Positions 33,032-42,936 are shown, numbered from the stretch's first letter. The stretch: DNA of 64,000 nucleotides from an uncultured bacterium (GCA_964387845.1 CAYLXA010000013.1:1-64000), one strand, 5' to 3'. The notes: generated by a model from the sequence alone, not told the origin. A program made the numbers and translations.

Positions 33032-33854
33032 AGCTTTTTGTCCGGTTGTTTTTAAATTTTCTTAGGTCACGGATTAGTTTTAAAAAATCAGATACTTCAA
33101 CTGGTGTCGTCAAAAAATATTCAGCATGCGTTGATTCGTCTAACCGGTTTGTAACACGAATTCCCAACCCCATTTTGTTTTTTCCCAACACACTGAGCGC
33201 GTCTTCGTCGGTCCTGTCATCGCCAATATAAATCGGAAACGTTTTCATGCTTGTATGGGCCATCAATCTGGCGATAATCCATAATACCGCAGCACCTTTA
33301 TTCCATGCAAGCTCTGGCCGGATTTCCCAGACTTTTTTGCCTTCGGTCAGGACAACATGTTTTTCATTGACATAAGGCCGTACAACTTCCATGAAAATCT
33401 GTTTTGCTTTATCAATCTTGTCATGTGCGAGCAGCCGGTAATGAACGGCGATGCTGAACTTTTTATTTTCTACGATAACGCCCCGCATCTTTATTTTGTT
33501 TTTTAATTTCGCCGCAATTTCTAAAAAGAGCTTCTCTTTGATCACGGCATCCGGGTGGGTGTAAGTGATCCGCGGACCTTGGATTTCAAGGCCGTGATTC
33601 CCGACATAAATAATGTCTGGAACATTTACCAGTTTTTTAACATCATCAACGTGCCGGCCGCTGACGATCGAAACCCGGACGTTCTCGAGTTCGGTCAAAT
33701 CTTCGAGTACTTGTCGATTCGGCTTCAATAACTTTGCTTGCCAGGGCTTGTCTTTGATGGCGGTTAAAGTTCCGTCGTAGTCCAAGAAAAGCATCAAGTA
33801 ACAATTTTGGATTTGACCCGAAATTTCATTCCAATGTTTGAACAAATGCTTCAT
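33009..33854 (-). CDS. otsB: trehalose-6-phosphate phosphatase (HAD family)
   Basis: MLFLDYDGTLT motif I, a later GDDRTDEDA motif, 281 aa. Confidence 0.8.
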   Translation of the reverse strand: MKHLFKHWNEISGQIQNCYLMLFLDYDGTLTAIKDKPWQAKLLKPNRQVLEDLTELENVRVSIVSGRHVDDVKKLVNVPDIIYVGNHGLEIQGPRITYTHPDAVIKEKLFLEIAAKLKNKIKMRGVIVENKKFSIAVHYRLLAHDKIDKAKQIFMEVVRPYVNEKHVVLTEGKKVWEIRPELAWNKGAAVLWIIARLMAHTSMKTFPIYIGDDRTDEDALSVLGKNKMGLGIRVTNRLDESTHAEYFLTTPVEVSDFLKLIRDLRKFKNNRTKSYVRIRNA

Positions 33855-35336
33855 TTATACCTCCTGGAATTCAAATTTCAGGAGCTGTGATAAAATTTTC
33901 CCGGTCCAACGGTAAATATTGTTCTGGGCGACGATTTCGCGCATTTTACGCATGCGTTTCTCTTTTTCCTCCTGCGGCATCGCGAACGCTTGCTCAATCG
34001 CATCTGCAAATTGCTCCGAATCGTAAGGATTGATCAAAATCGCATCCGACAACTCTCTGGATGCGCCTGTGAATTTTGACAGGATCAGAGCACCGCCCAA
34101 ATCCTCGCGCGCCGCAACAAATTCCTTTGAAACCAAATTCATTCCGTCGTGAAGCGAGCTCACAACACAAACATCCGCCATCCGGTAAAGGGCTAGAATG
34201 TCGTCATAACTCACATAAGTACGCTTTAATACGATAGGTGCCCACGAATCAGTAGAATGTTTCCAGTTAATTTCCTCTACAAGCCCGTTAATTTCATCAT
34301 TCAGATGTTTATAGCGAGGAATGTGAATTCTTGAGATTTGGCCTATTTGAAGGAAAATAAATTTTTCTTTGTATTGAGGATATTTTTCAAGAAACCGGTC
34401 TATCGCGCGCAGTCTTTCGGGAATGCCCTTAGTGTAATCAATCCGGTCTACGCCGACGATTAATTTCAAATCACCGATTGAATACTCATCACGCAAGTTC
34501 TGAATCCGTGACCGGGTTTTGTCCGACGATGCTTGTTCCGAAATGGCTTCGAAATCAACCGAAATCGGAAATGCGCGTATCAGTGCTTCATGATTTTGAA
34601 ACGAAACCGAGTCACGTTCACGGTCAATCCGGCTTTCAACCTCGCGGTCAACCGTTGCGAAAAAATTATCCATGTGGTAACGAATCTGAAATCCGACAAG
34701 GTCGCACGATAAGAATCCTTCCAAAATTTCCTGTTTTTGCGGGCAAATCCTAAATACTTCCGGATTCGGCCACGGAATATGCCAGAAAATCGATGTGATG
34801 ATATTCAAACGCCCGGAATCACGTAGATATTTGGCAACGAGTGCGAGCTGAAAATCCTGGATCCAGACAAAAGCTTTTTCATTTCCGACTTCTGCTAAAA
34901 CCGCATCCGCGAACATTTTGTTTACCTTCTGATAGGATTTCCAGTCGGCGTCGTTAAATAACGGCCTCGTATAAGCCACATGGCACAATGGCCAAAGCCC
35001 CTCATTGGAAAAACCGTAATAGTATTTGTCACGGTCTTCTTTGCTGAGAAACATGCGTTTTAACTGGTAAGAAGGATTGTGCGGCGGGAGCATGACTTTT
35101 GAATTTGCATCGACCGCTTTTTTGTCGTGCTCACTTGAGGAGGCAGCAATCCAAGTTCCTTGGACGGCTTCCATGACGGGGCTAAGGGCGGTTACGAGGC
35201 CGCCCGGTTCGCGCTGACAGATTAATTTACCGCTTTGCAGAACATGCTTGAACGGCTGCCGATTGGAGACTACGATGAGTTTATAGTCGGACAAACGTTC
35301 TTGTATGGTTTTTTGAAGCGTTTCTTTGGTCCACAT
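33855..35336 (-). CDS. otsA: alpha,alpha-trehalose-phosphate synthase (GT20)
   Basis: LIVVSNRQP N-terminus and GT20-conserved regions (GGLVTAL, WIQDFQLALV). Confidence 0.88.
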   Translation of the reverse strand: MWTKETLQKTIQERLSDYKLIVVSNRQPFKHVLQSGKLICQREPGGLVTALSPVMEAVQGTWIAASSSEHDKKAVDANSKVMLPPHNPSYQLKRMFLSKEDRDKYYYGFSNEGLWPLCHVAYTRPLFNDADWKSYQKVNKMFADAVLAEVGNEKAFVWIQDFQLALVAKYLRDSGRLNIITSIFWHIPWPNPEVFRICPQKQEILEGFLSCDLVGFQIRYHMDNFFATVDREVESRIDRERDSVSFQNHEALIRAFPISVDFEAISEQASSDKTRSRIQNLRDEYSIGDLKLIVGVDRIDYTKGIPERLRAIDRFLEKYPQYKEKFIFLQIGQISRIHIPRYKHLNDEINGLVEEINWKHSTDSWAPIVLKRTYVSYDDILALYRMADVCVVSSLHDGMNLVSKEFVAAREDLGGALILSKFTGASRELSDAILINPYDSEQFADAIEQAFAMPQEEKEKRMRKMREIVAQNNIYRWTGKILSQLLKFEFQEV

Positions 35337-35342
35337 GATTTT

Positions 35343-35388
35343 GCCTTAAAATAGAAACCGCCACCTGAATTTTTCATTCAGATGGCGG
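35343..35388 (-). terminator. intrinsic terminator after nuoN2, only 22 nt upstream of the otsA start
   Basis: Stem ccgccacctgaat / attcagatggcgg (13 bp, one mismatch), loop ttttc, followed on the minus strand by TTTCTATTTT. Confidence 0.6.
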
Positions 35389-35540
35389 CCCGGCCATCAC
35401 TTCAAATTTAACCTCCGGAATATTTCCGGACCCTTTGGCGTAGAAAAGATTTTAAACCGTTTTTAAAATAAGGGCAAGGTTTTTATCCGAGTTTAGGAGA
35501 AATTTTCTACGAATTTTATTTTCGACGGGTGAAAAATATT

Positions 35541-36977
35541 TTAGATTGCGAAGAAATTGACGAGTGCGACCTGGACGAAGGAAATCACGCTGGAAGGAAA
35601 AAGGCCGATTGCGACGGTTCCAAAAAGCGCCACAACAACGCAGGCAATCGCCAAATTGGAAGCCGTAACCGGTGAATGTTTGTCGCTGTGCGTGAGGTAC
35701 ATCGCGCGGACAATTTTGAAATAATAAACCGCTGCGATGGCGCTGTTGATGGCGGCTGCAACTGCGAGCATGATGAAACTATGCTGAATCGCACTCGCAA
35801 ACACAAACCATTTTCCGATAAATCCCGCAAGCGGTGGAATTCCGGCCAAAGACAACATAAAAATCAGCATGCAGGCCGCTAAAAATGGATTTCGTTTAGA
35901 AAGGCCGTTTAACGCCTCAATGCGGCTTGAGCCCTCGCTCTCCTCAATGGCGGCAAGCGTCAAAAAAGCGCCCATATTGGTAAAGATGTAGGTGATGATA
36001 TAAATGAAAACTGCTTCAACGCCGGTTCCTGAGGCCGTGGCAAGTCCCATTAATATGTAGCCGGCTTGCGCAACGCTGGAATAGGCCAAAAGGCGTTTGG
36101 CACTGGCCTGAGAGACAGCCGTGATGTTGCCGATCGTCATAGTCAAAATGGAAAGCACAACCAAAATCGAGCTCCATTCGGCGTGGAAATTTTGAAAAGC
36201 GCTGAATAAAACACGGCAGATCACCAAAAAGCCAATGCCTTTCGGTGCGACGGTCAAAAACGCCGCAATCGGTGTCGGCGCACCTTCATAAACATCCGGC
36301 GCCCAGGCATGAAACGGCACGGATGAAATCTTGAATCCGAATCCGACCAACAGGAACACAAGCGCTACCTTTGCCGTGGCGATGATGGAAGGGCTTGCGG
36401 CTTTAAAAACGGCGTTCATTTGCGTGAGCTCTAACGTTCCCGTGAGGCCAAACAAAATCGACATGCCGAAAAGCATGCAGGCTGATGAAACGCCGCCGAA
36501 GAGAAGGTACTTGAGTGATGCTTCGCTCGAGCGTTTATCGAATTTACGGAAACCGGTCAATATATAGGAAGACAGCGAAACCGATTCGATCGCGAGGAAA
36601 ATCATCAGCAAATTGGTGGTAGAACCCATCAAAACGAGCAGGAATAGCAGAAAAGTGACCAAGAAATAGAATTCTCCCTTTTGCTTTTCCGGAATCAGTT
36701 TGGATTGAATCACGGAAGCGATGGCAAGGCTTGTCGCAATCGCAAGGCCGATCTGGAGAAAATAGCTGAACACATCGTAATAAAAGAGCCCCGAAAAAAG
36801 CGACATGGCTTTTTGCGGATAAGGCAAAAGCCAGAGGGAAACCGTAATGCCGATGAGCGCAATGAGGCCGTTCACTTTTTGTTCGAGGCCAAAAAGATCG
36901 AGCACCAAAACAAGCAGTGCAGCGCCAATTAAGACGGCGTGCGGAATAAAATACGGTAAGCTCGCGAGTGCGTCCAT
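35541..36977 (-). CDS. nuoN: NADH-quinone oxidoreductase subunit N (copy 2)
   Basis: HAWAPDVYEGAPTPIAAF motif, 478 aa. Confidence 0.88.
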   Translation of the reverse strand: MDALASLPYFIPHAVLIGAALLVLVLDLFGLEQKVNGLIALIGITVSLWLLPYPQKAMSLFSGLFYYDVFSYFLQIGLAIATSLAIASVIQSKLIPEKQKGEFYFLVTFLLFLLVLMGSTTNLLMIFLAIESVSLSSYILTGFRKFDKRSSEASLKYLLFGGVSSACMLFGMSILFGLTGTLELTQMNAVFKAASPSIIATAKVALVFLLVGFGFKISSVPFHAWAPDVYEGAPTPIAAFLTVAPKGIGFLVICRVLFSAFQNFHAEWSSILVVLSILTMTIGNITAVSQASAKRLLAYSSVAQAGYILMGLATASGTGVEAVFIYIITYIFTNMGAFLTLAAIEESEGSSRIEALNGLSKRNPFLAACMLIFMLSLAGIPPLAGFIGKWFVFASAIQHSFIMLAVAAAINSAIAAVYYFKIVRAMYLTHSDKHSPVTASNLAIACVVVALFGTVAIGLFPSSVISFVQVALVNFFAI

Positions 36978-36978
36978 A

Positions 36979-38448
36979 TTACATTAAACTTCCGATTTGG
37001 GCCAAAAGCGCGTTCATGCTCGGCGTCATCACATCAAGAATCAGTTTTGGATAAACGCCCAGGACTAAAATAATCACCATGAGCGGAATAATCGTAAAAA
37101 GCTCGCGCGCGTTGATATCCGTCAGTTTTTCCCACTTCTGGTTAAACGGCCCGAGCAATACTTTTTGAATCATGTAAAGCAGGTAGCAGGCAGCCAAGAG
37201 GATTCCGATGCAGGAAATTCCGGTGATCCAGGGATAAATTTTGAATGCGCCGAGCAATACCATAAATTCACTGACGAAACCGCTCAGGCCCGGCAAACCC
37301 ATCGAAGCGAACGTTACAAAAATCAAAACGCCCGAATAAACACTCATTTTCACACCCAAGCCGCCGAAGGCGTTCATGTCGCGTGTATGAGCGCGGTCAT
37401 ATAAAACACCAACCAGCAAGAAGAGCGCGCCGGTGATGGTTCCGTGGTTGAACATTTGAAGCATGGCGCCGTTTAAGCCGTTTTGCGTAAAAACCGCGAG
37501 GCCCAACAGCACAAAACCCATGTGGCTGACGCTGGAATAAGCGACCATTTTTTTGAAATCGGTTTGCGCAAACGCTACGAATCCGCCGTAAACGATTCCG
37601 ATTGCAGCCAAAATGCCCATCGCAAGCGAAAACCAATGTGCCCCAAGCGGCAAAATCGGATAGCTGATCCTGAAAAATCCGTAGGTCCCCATTTTAAGAA
37701 GCACGGCCGCCAGAATCACGCTGATCGGTGTCGGCGCTTCAACGTGCGCATCCGGAAGCCACGTGTGGAACGGGAAAACCGGGACTTTGATCGCAAACCC
37801 GAGGAAAAACGCGAGAAAAATGATTTTTTGGAATTCCAAGCTAAAGGAATTGTTGCGGAGCGCGATCATGTCAAACGTATGCGGCGTGCTCGAGAAAAAG
37901 AGCGCCAAAATACCCAGCAGCATGAACAAACTTCCGGCCAATGTGTAAATAAAAAACTTAATTGCCGCATATTCTTTGCGCGGTCCGCCCCAGATGCCGA
38001 TCAGGAAATACATCGGAACCAGCACCACTTCCCAAAAAACGTAAAAAAGGAAAAGATCGAGAGACAAAAATGTGCCGAACATACCGGTTTCAAGCAACAA
38101 ATAAAGCGCGAAGTATTCTTTTACGCGGTCTTTGATGCCGTAACTTGCGACACAAGCCAGAAGGGAAATCAAGCCGGTGAGGAAAATCATCGTTACGCTG
38201 ATGCCGTCGATTCCGAGTGAATAAAAAACGTTCAACGGCTCGATCCAGCTGATTTTTTCCGCAAATTGAATGCCGGTGTTGGCGGAGTCAAAGTTAAGCG
38301 TGACGTAAGTCGTGAGCAGAAACACGACTGCGCTAACCGACGTTGCGATGGTCCGGATTAATTTTGTGTTTTCCTTCGGCGCGAGCATCGTCAAAATCAT
38401 GCCGACGACCGGCAAAAATATAATGGAAGACAGAATTGGAAAATTCAT
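36979..38448 (-). CDS. nuoM: NADH-quinone oxidoreductase subunit M (copy 2)
   Basis: HTWLPDAHVEAPTPISVILAAVLLKMGTYG motif. Confidence 0.9.
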   Translation of the reverse strand: MNFPILSSIIFLPVVGMILTMLAPKENTKLIRTIATSVSAVVFLLTTYVTLNFDSANTGIQFAEKISWIEPLNVFYSLGIDGISVTMIFLTGLISLLACVASYGIKDRVKEYFALYLLLETGMFGTFLSLDLFLFYVFWEVVLVPMYFLIGIWGGPRKEYAAIKFFIYTLAGSLFMLLGILALFFSSTPHTFDMIALRNNSFSLEFQKIIFLAFFLGFAIKVPVFPFHTWLPDAHVEAPTPISVILAAVLLKMGTYGFFRISYPILPLGAHWFSLAMGILAAIGIVYGGFVAFAQTDFKKMVAYSSVSHMGFVLLGLAVFTQNGLNGAMLQMFNHGTITGALFLLVGVLYDRAHTRDMNAFGGLGVKMSVYSGVLIFVTFASMGLPGLSGFVSEFMVLLGAFKIYPWITGISCIGILLAACYLLYMIQKVLLGPFNQKWEKLTDINARELFTIIPLMVIILVLGVYPKLILDVMTPSMNALLAQIGSLM

Positions 38449-38462
38449 CGAGTAAATCTCCT

Positions 38463-40373
38463 TTATTTAAAAACTCCGTAAAGAATCCACAAAATTCCGA
38501 CAAAAACGAAAAATAGATAATGATGGATAAATCCGGTTTGGAAAAGCCGCAGCACGGAACTCAAAGTTTGCGTGATCCATCCCGTAAAGTTCACCAAGCC
38601 GTCAACGATATGCTGATCGATCCAAAATTTTACCCGAGCACTCCATTTGCCGAAGCGGCCCGTATCATTCACGATGCGGTCGACAACTTTTTGATCGAAT
38701 TGAAATAAGAAATCCGCCTTCCATTGAAATAAGCGGCCGAATGTGGCGCTATAAATTTCATCGAAATAAAGTTTGTTGAGAGAAACCGTGTAAAGCGGTT
38801 TCAGGCTTTGTGCGATTTTAGCCGGAATGTCGGTTCTCACCAGATAAAACACGTAAGCCATTACAGCACCTAGAGTTGCAACAACTATCGATAGAATCAT
38901 CAGCGTGTAATTTGGATGAATTTCCTCCGGATGGCCGCCGTGCAAAAAGGTTTGAAACCAATGATGCATGAAAGGCGAACCGGGAATACCGGCACCGACC
39001 GCAAACACAGCCAAAATCATCAAAGGAACCGTCATCGACGCAGGGGATTCGTGCGCGTGAATGTGGCCGCGTGTTTTTCCGAAGAAAGTCAAAAATGTGA
39101 GCCGGAACATGTAAAAGGAAGTTAAAAATGCAGTGATAACAAGCAGCGCCAAGATAACGTAATGCCCGGACTCGTAAGCGCTGAGCAGAATTTCATCTTT
39201 GCTCCAAAATCCGGCAAACGGCGGAATGCCTGCGATTGCGATTGTCGCGATTAAAAATGTCCACGCCGTTTTCGGCATATGCTTGAACAGCCCGCCCATT
39301 TCACGAATGTCCTGCGTACCTGTGCCGTGAATCACGGAACCGGCGCCCAAAAAGAGCAGTGCTTTGAAAAACGCGTGCGTCATTAAATGAAAAGAGCCGG
39401 CGCTGAATCCTCCGCAGCCCAAAGCTGCGATCATATAACCAAGCTGAGAAATCGTTGAATAGGCGAGCACTTTTTTAATATCCGTTTGCGTCAGTGCAAT
39501 AAAAGCACCGATGCAAGCGGTTGTGGTTCCGATAACAGCCACAACGTCAGCGGAATTTGGAAACGCTTCATAAAGCGGCGTGAGGCGCGCAACCATGTAA
39601 ACGCCTGCGGCCACCATTGTCGCGGCGTGAATCAAAGCACTGACGGGTGTCGGGCCTTCCATCGCATCCGGAAGCCATACGTGAAGCGGAAACTGCGCCG
39701 ATTTTCCGATGGCACCGCAAAAGAGGAAAATTCCGGCAATTCCGACAATCCAGGCATTGTGATGATGGAAGAAGTCGTGATTGAAATCCGCGAAAAGTAC
39801 GGTCCCGGTGGAATAAAAAAGAAGTGCAATGCCGATGAAAAATCCGACGTCGCCGATCCGGTTTGTGATAAACGCTTTCTTGCTGGCGTCAGAAGCGGAT
39901 TTCTTTTCAAACCAGAATCCGATCAAAAAGTAAGAGCAAAGGCCGACAAGCTCCCAGAAAATATACATTTGGACAAGATTGGTTGCGAGCACAAGGCCGA
40001 GCATCGAAAATAAAAAGAGCGCCAAGTAAGCGAAAAAGCGCGAATACCGCGCATCTTCATGCATGTAGCCTGTCGAGTAAATCACGATGAGTGAGCCGAT
40101 GAATGTGACGACAAAAAGCATCATCGCGGTCAAAGGATCCACCATAAATCCGAATTGAAGCGCTTTAGCGCCGAAGGGAAGCCAGTCAAAATTGATGAGA
40201 ATCGTCTCGCCTTTCAGAACCGGCTGAATGACGATCATCGACAAAATAAAAGAACCGACGCTGGCTGCGATGGTGACGAGCGAGGCTTTGTGCTTCAGCG
40301 TTTTTCCGAAGAAAATATTAATCGTAAACGCCGCGAGCGGAAGTAATGGAATTAAAGCGAGTTGAGTTACCAT
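38463..40373 (-). CDS. nuoL: NADH-quinone oxidoreductase subunit L (copy 2)
   Basis: HVWLPDAMEGPTPVSALIHAATMVAAGVY motif, 636 aa. Confidence 0.92.
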   Translation of the reverse strand: MVTQLALIPLLPLAAFTINIFFGKTLKHKASLVTIAASVGSFILSMIVIQPVLKGETILINFDWLPFGAKALQFGFMVDPLTAMMLFVVTFIGSLIVIYSTGYMHEDARYSRFFAYLALFLFSMLGLVLATNLVQMYIFWELVGLCSYFLIGFWFEKKSASDASKKAFITNRIGDVGFFIGIALLFYSTGTVLFADFNHDFFHHHNAWIVGIAGIFLFCGAIGKSAQFPLHVWLPDAMEGPTPVSALIHAATMVAAGVYMVARLTPLYEAFPNSADVVAVIGTTTACIGAFIALTQTDIKKVLAYSTISQLGYMIAALGCGGFSAGSFHLMTHAFFKALLFLGAGSVIHGTGTQDIREMGGLFKHMPKTAWTFLIATIAIAGIPPFAGFWSKDEILLSAYESGHYVILALLVITAFLTSFYMFRLTFLTFFGKTRGHIHAHESPASMTVPLMILAVFAVGAGIPGSPFMHHWFQTFLHGGHPEEIHPNYTLMILSIVVATLGAVMAYVFYLVRTDIPAKIAQSLKPLYTVSLNKLYFDEIYSATFGRLFQWKADFLFQFDQKVVDRIVNDTGRFGKWSARVKFWIDQHIVDGLVNFTGWITQTLSSVLRLFQTGFIHHYLFFVFVGILWILYGVFK

Positions 40374-40675
40374 TTTAAAAGGTCGATTTCGTCTGTGTAA
40401 ATGGTGTCCTGGTTTCTATAGATAGAAAGTACGATCGCAAGGCCGACGCCGGCTGCTGCGGCCGCCATCACAATGATAAAGACCGCAAAAATCTGCCCCA
40501 CTTCCGGGCTTGTATTGGTGTAGCGCGAGAAGGCGACCAAATTAACATTGACGGAATTAATCATGATTTCGATCGCGATTAAAATTCCGACAATATGGCG
40601 GCGCGTCAAAACGCCGTAAAGCCCGATGCAAAAAAGAATCGAGGTAAACACCAAAATATGCTGAAGCGGTACCAT
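40367..40675 (-). CDS. nuoK: NADH-quinone oxidoreductase subunit K (copy 2; TM3 Glu replaced by Ala)
   Basis: 102 aa with IAIEIMINSV present, but TM3 reads VMAAAAAGVGLAI instead of ...AAAEA.... Confidence 0.85.
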   Translation of the reverse strand: MVPLQHILVFTSILFCIGLYGVLTRRHIVGILIAIEIMINSVNVNLVAFSRYTNTSPEVGQIFAVFIIVMAAAAAGVGLAIVLSIYRNQDTIYTDEIDLLKW

Positions 40676-41178
40676 TATTGGTCTCCCCGTGCAATCACAA
40701 TTGCGCCGATCAAAGCCACGACCAAAACAATCGAAATAATTTCAAACGGAAGCACATAATTTCCCATAAACGCTTTTCCGATTGCGACGGCGTCCACGGT
40801 GGTCAAGTTGTCTTTCACCGGCCACGCCGTGTGAGTCATTACTCGGACTAGAAACCCGATTAAAATCGCAATACCGATCGCGACCGGAATTTTTTGCCGG
40901 TTCGATGTCGGAATGGAGGTGTCGCCCATTTTTGAAGTCATCATAACGGCGAAAATAACGAGCGTGACGATGGCGCCCACATACAGCAAAATTTGAATGG
41001 CGCCCAGAAATTCGGCGTGCATGACAAAATAGGTTCCAGCAACACCCAAAAGTGCAAATACGAGCCCGAGCGCGGCGTGGAAAATATTCCGTACGGTCAC
41101 CGCAAGAAGCGCTGACAGTAACGTGATGCCAAAAATGGCATAGATTCCGTATTTGGTAATCGCTGCTAGTACGTCCAT
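40675..41178 (-). CDS. nuoJ: NADH-quinone oxidoreductase subunit J (copy 2)
   Basis: 167-aa membrane protein in the NuoJ position. Confidence 0.78.
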   Translation of the reverse strand: MDVLAAITKYGIYAIFGITLLSALLAVTVRNIFHAALGLVFALLGVAGTYFVMHAEFLGAIQILLYVGAIVTLVIFAVMMTSKMGDTSIPTSNRQKIPVAIGIAILIGFLVRVMTHTAWPVKDNLTTVDAVAIGKAFMGNYVLPFEIISIVLVVALIGAIVIARGDQ

Positions 41179-41189
41179 AAATTCCTTAT

Positions 41190-42329
41190 TTATTCTGCGT
41201 ATCGATAAACCCGCTTCTTGGGAAGCATCGGTTTATTGATTGCCAGTAAAATAAAAACACTGAAAGCCAAAACAACACCTGTCGTGACAAAGTTCATCGG
41301 GAATGCCGAGCTTTTCCAGAGACAAGCGACAAAAATATTGACTAATGATAACGGAAGCAAAAATTTCCACGCAAAACCCATCAGCTGATCGACGCGCAGG
41401 CGCGGAAATGTGCCGCGGAACCACATCATCGTGAAAATAAGTGCGTATGTTTTAATCAAAAACCAAACCCAGCTGGGGAGAAGAGGGCCTTGCCAGCCGC
41501 CCAGATAAACGGTTGCGACCAGGGCTGAAACCGTAAACACATTCATAAATTCGGCCATATAAAAGAGCGCGAACTTCATGCCGCTGTATTCCGTGTGAAA
41601 CCCGGCGATGATTTCGGATTCGGCTTCCGGAAGGTCAAACGGCGTGCGGTTGACTTCGGCAACGGCACAGAGAAAGAAAATAAAAAATCCGACAATTCCC
41701 CAAGGCGAAAATACGAACCAATTCATTCCGGTTTGAGCTTCCACGATTTTTACTGTCGAAAAGGAGCCGACCATTAAAAGAACGGGAACCACGGAAAGAA
41801 TAAACGGAATTTCATACGAAATCATTTGTGCGACGGAACGCATTCCGCCTAAAAGTGAAAACTTATTCCGGGAACCCCACGCAGCCGTGAAAATAAAAAC
41901 GGTTGTGGTGCCTGAAATCGCGAGGAAAAACAAAACGCCGATATTAAGATCGGCCGCGATCATGTTGCGGCCGAAGGGAAGCACGGCAAACACCAAAAGC
42001 GCCGGAATCACAATCGCGATCGGCGCCAGCGTGTGCGCAAATTTGTCGGCACCGGTCGGCACGACGTCTTCTTTTGTCATCATTTTAACGCCGTCCGCCA
42101 AAGGCTGCAGAAGACCGAACGTTCCGACACGGTTTGGGCCGTAACGATTTTGAACACGAGCTAAAATTTTGCGTTCAAACCATGTGAGGTACATCATCGT
42201 AAGTGGCCCGAAAATAGCGACGCCCACAATCGGAATTAAAATCGCGACAATGACCACAAGCCAATCAGGCAGAATGGGCGTTACGATACTCACAATCCCT
42301 GCTTTTAAATTGACGAATAATTGATCCAT
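41190..42329 (-). CDS. nuoH: NADH-quinone oxidoreductase subunit H
   Basis: NuoH-conserved regions (YLTWFERKILARVQNRYGPNRVG). The start is taken at the internal ATG two nt after the nuoI stop; the K/R-rich upstream extension in the ORF track is probably untranslated. Confidence 0.9.
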   Translation of the reverse strand: MDQLFVNLKAGIVSIVTPILPDWLVVIVAILIPIVGVAIFGPLTMMYLTWFERKILARVQNRYGPNRVGTFGLLQPLADGVKMMTKEDVVPTGADKFAHTLAPIAIVIPALLVFAVLPFGRNMIAADLNIGVLFFLAISGTTTVFIFTAAWGSRNKFSLLGGMRSVAQMISYEIPFILSVVPVLLMVGSFSTVKIVEAQTGMNWFVFSPWGIVGFFIFFLCAVAEVNRTPFDLPEAESEIIAGFHTEYSGMKFALFYMAEFMNVFTVSALVATVYLGGWQGPLLPSWVWFLIKTYALIFTMMWFRGTFPRLRVDQLMGFAWKFLLPLSLVNIFVACLWKSSAFPMNFVTTGVVLAFSVFILLAINKPMLPKKRVYRYAE

Positions 42330-42330
42330 G

Positions 42331-42927
42331 TTATGAATTTGCCGGCGGAGTTGGTGGTGTTTGTGGAGCAGCTGCAGCCGCTTTCGCTTGGGCCAATTTC
42401 GCCGCAGCTTCCTGTGCCTTTTTGGCCTCTTCTTTTTTACGGCGGTCTTCAGCGATGCGCGTTGCATCGGTCGGCCGTATCTTCATAAAATATTCCGCCG
42501 GTTTCAGGAGCCTGTCTTTCGTGTAATTCAAATCATTGAAACGGCCGTATTCTCCGAGCTCAAACGTGTGGTCCATGTAAATCGCGTCAAACGGGCAAAC
42601 TTCTTCGCAAATACCGCAGTTCATGCAGATGGAGTAATCGATATTGAATACTTTCGGGCGCTTCAGCGGTTTGTTTTGCTCATCGGCGTCTTTGACGATG
42701 TGAATGCATTTGGGCGGGCATTCTTTCGCGCAAATATCGCACGCCACACAGCGAAGATTATCCGGCGTTGCATCATAAATTAAAAAAGGAAAATTGCGAA
42801 AACGCTCTTTTTCCGGCAAACGCTCTTCCGGAAACTGAACTGTCGTCAAATGATCTTTTGAAAAATAGCTGGCCACAAAGTTTTTAAGCGTGACCGCCAT
42901 TCCTTTTAATACACCTAACCCAAACAT
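42331..42927 (-). CDS. nuoI: NADH-quinone oxidoreductase subunit I (2x[4Fe-4S]) with an A/K/E/P-rich C-terminal tail
   Basis: CVACDICAKECP and CMNCGICEEVCP ferredoxin motifs, plus a ~40-aa low-complexity tail. Confidence 0.9.
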   Translation of the reverse strand: MFGLGVLKGMAVTLKNFVASYFSKDHLTTVQFPEERLPEKERFRNFPFLIYDATPDNLRCVACDICAKECPPKCIHIVKDADEQNKPLKRPKVFNIDYSICMNCGICEEVCPFDAIYMDHTFELGEYGRFNDLNYTKDRLLKPAEYFMKIRPTDATRIAEDRRKKEEAKKAQEAAAKLAQAKAAAAAPQTPPTPPANS

Positions 42928-42936
42928 CTAAACTCC

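Noticed and set aside
42330-42467. K/R-rich 46-aa N-terminal extension of nuoH in the ORF track; likewise extended starts for the lacI-family gene (60490-60549), NUDIX (57665-57805), prx (57076-57096), nuoC (44701-44745) and nuoB (45345-45374)
   Set aside because: Internal starts give canonical N-termini and sit at stop/start overlaps or behind good RBSs. The extensions overlap upstream genes or promoter elements.
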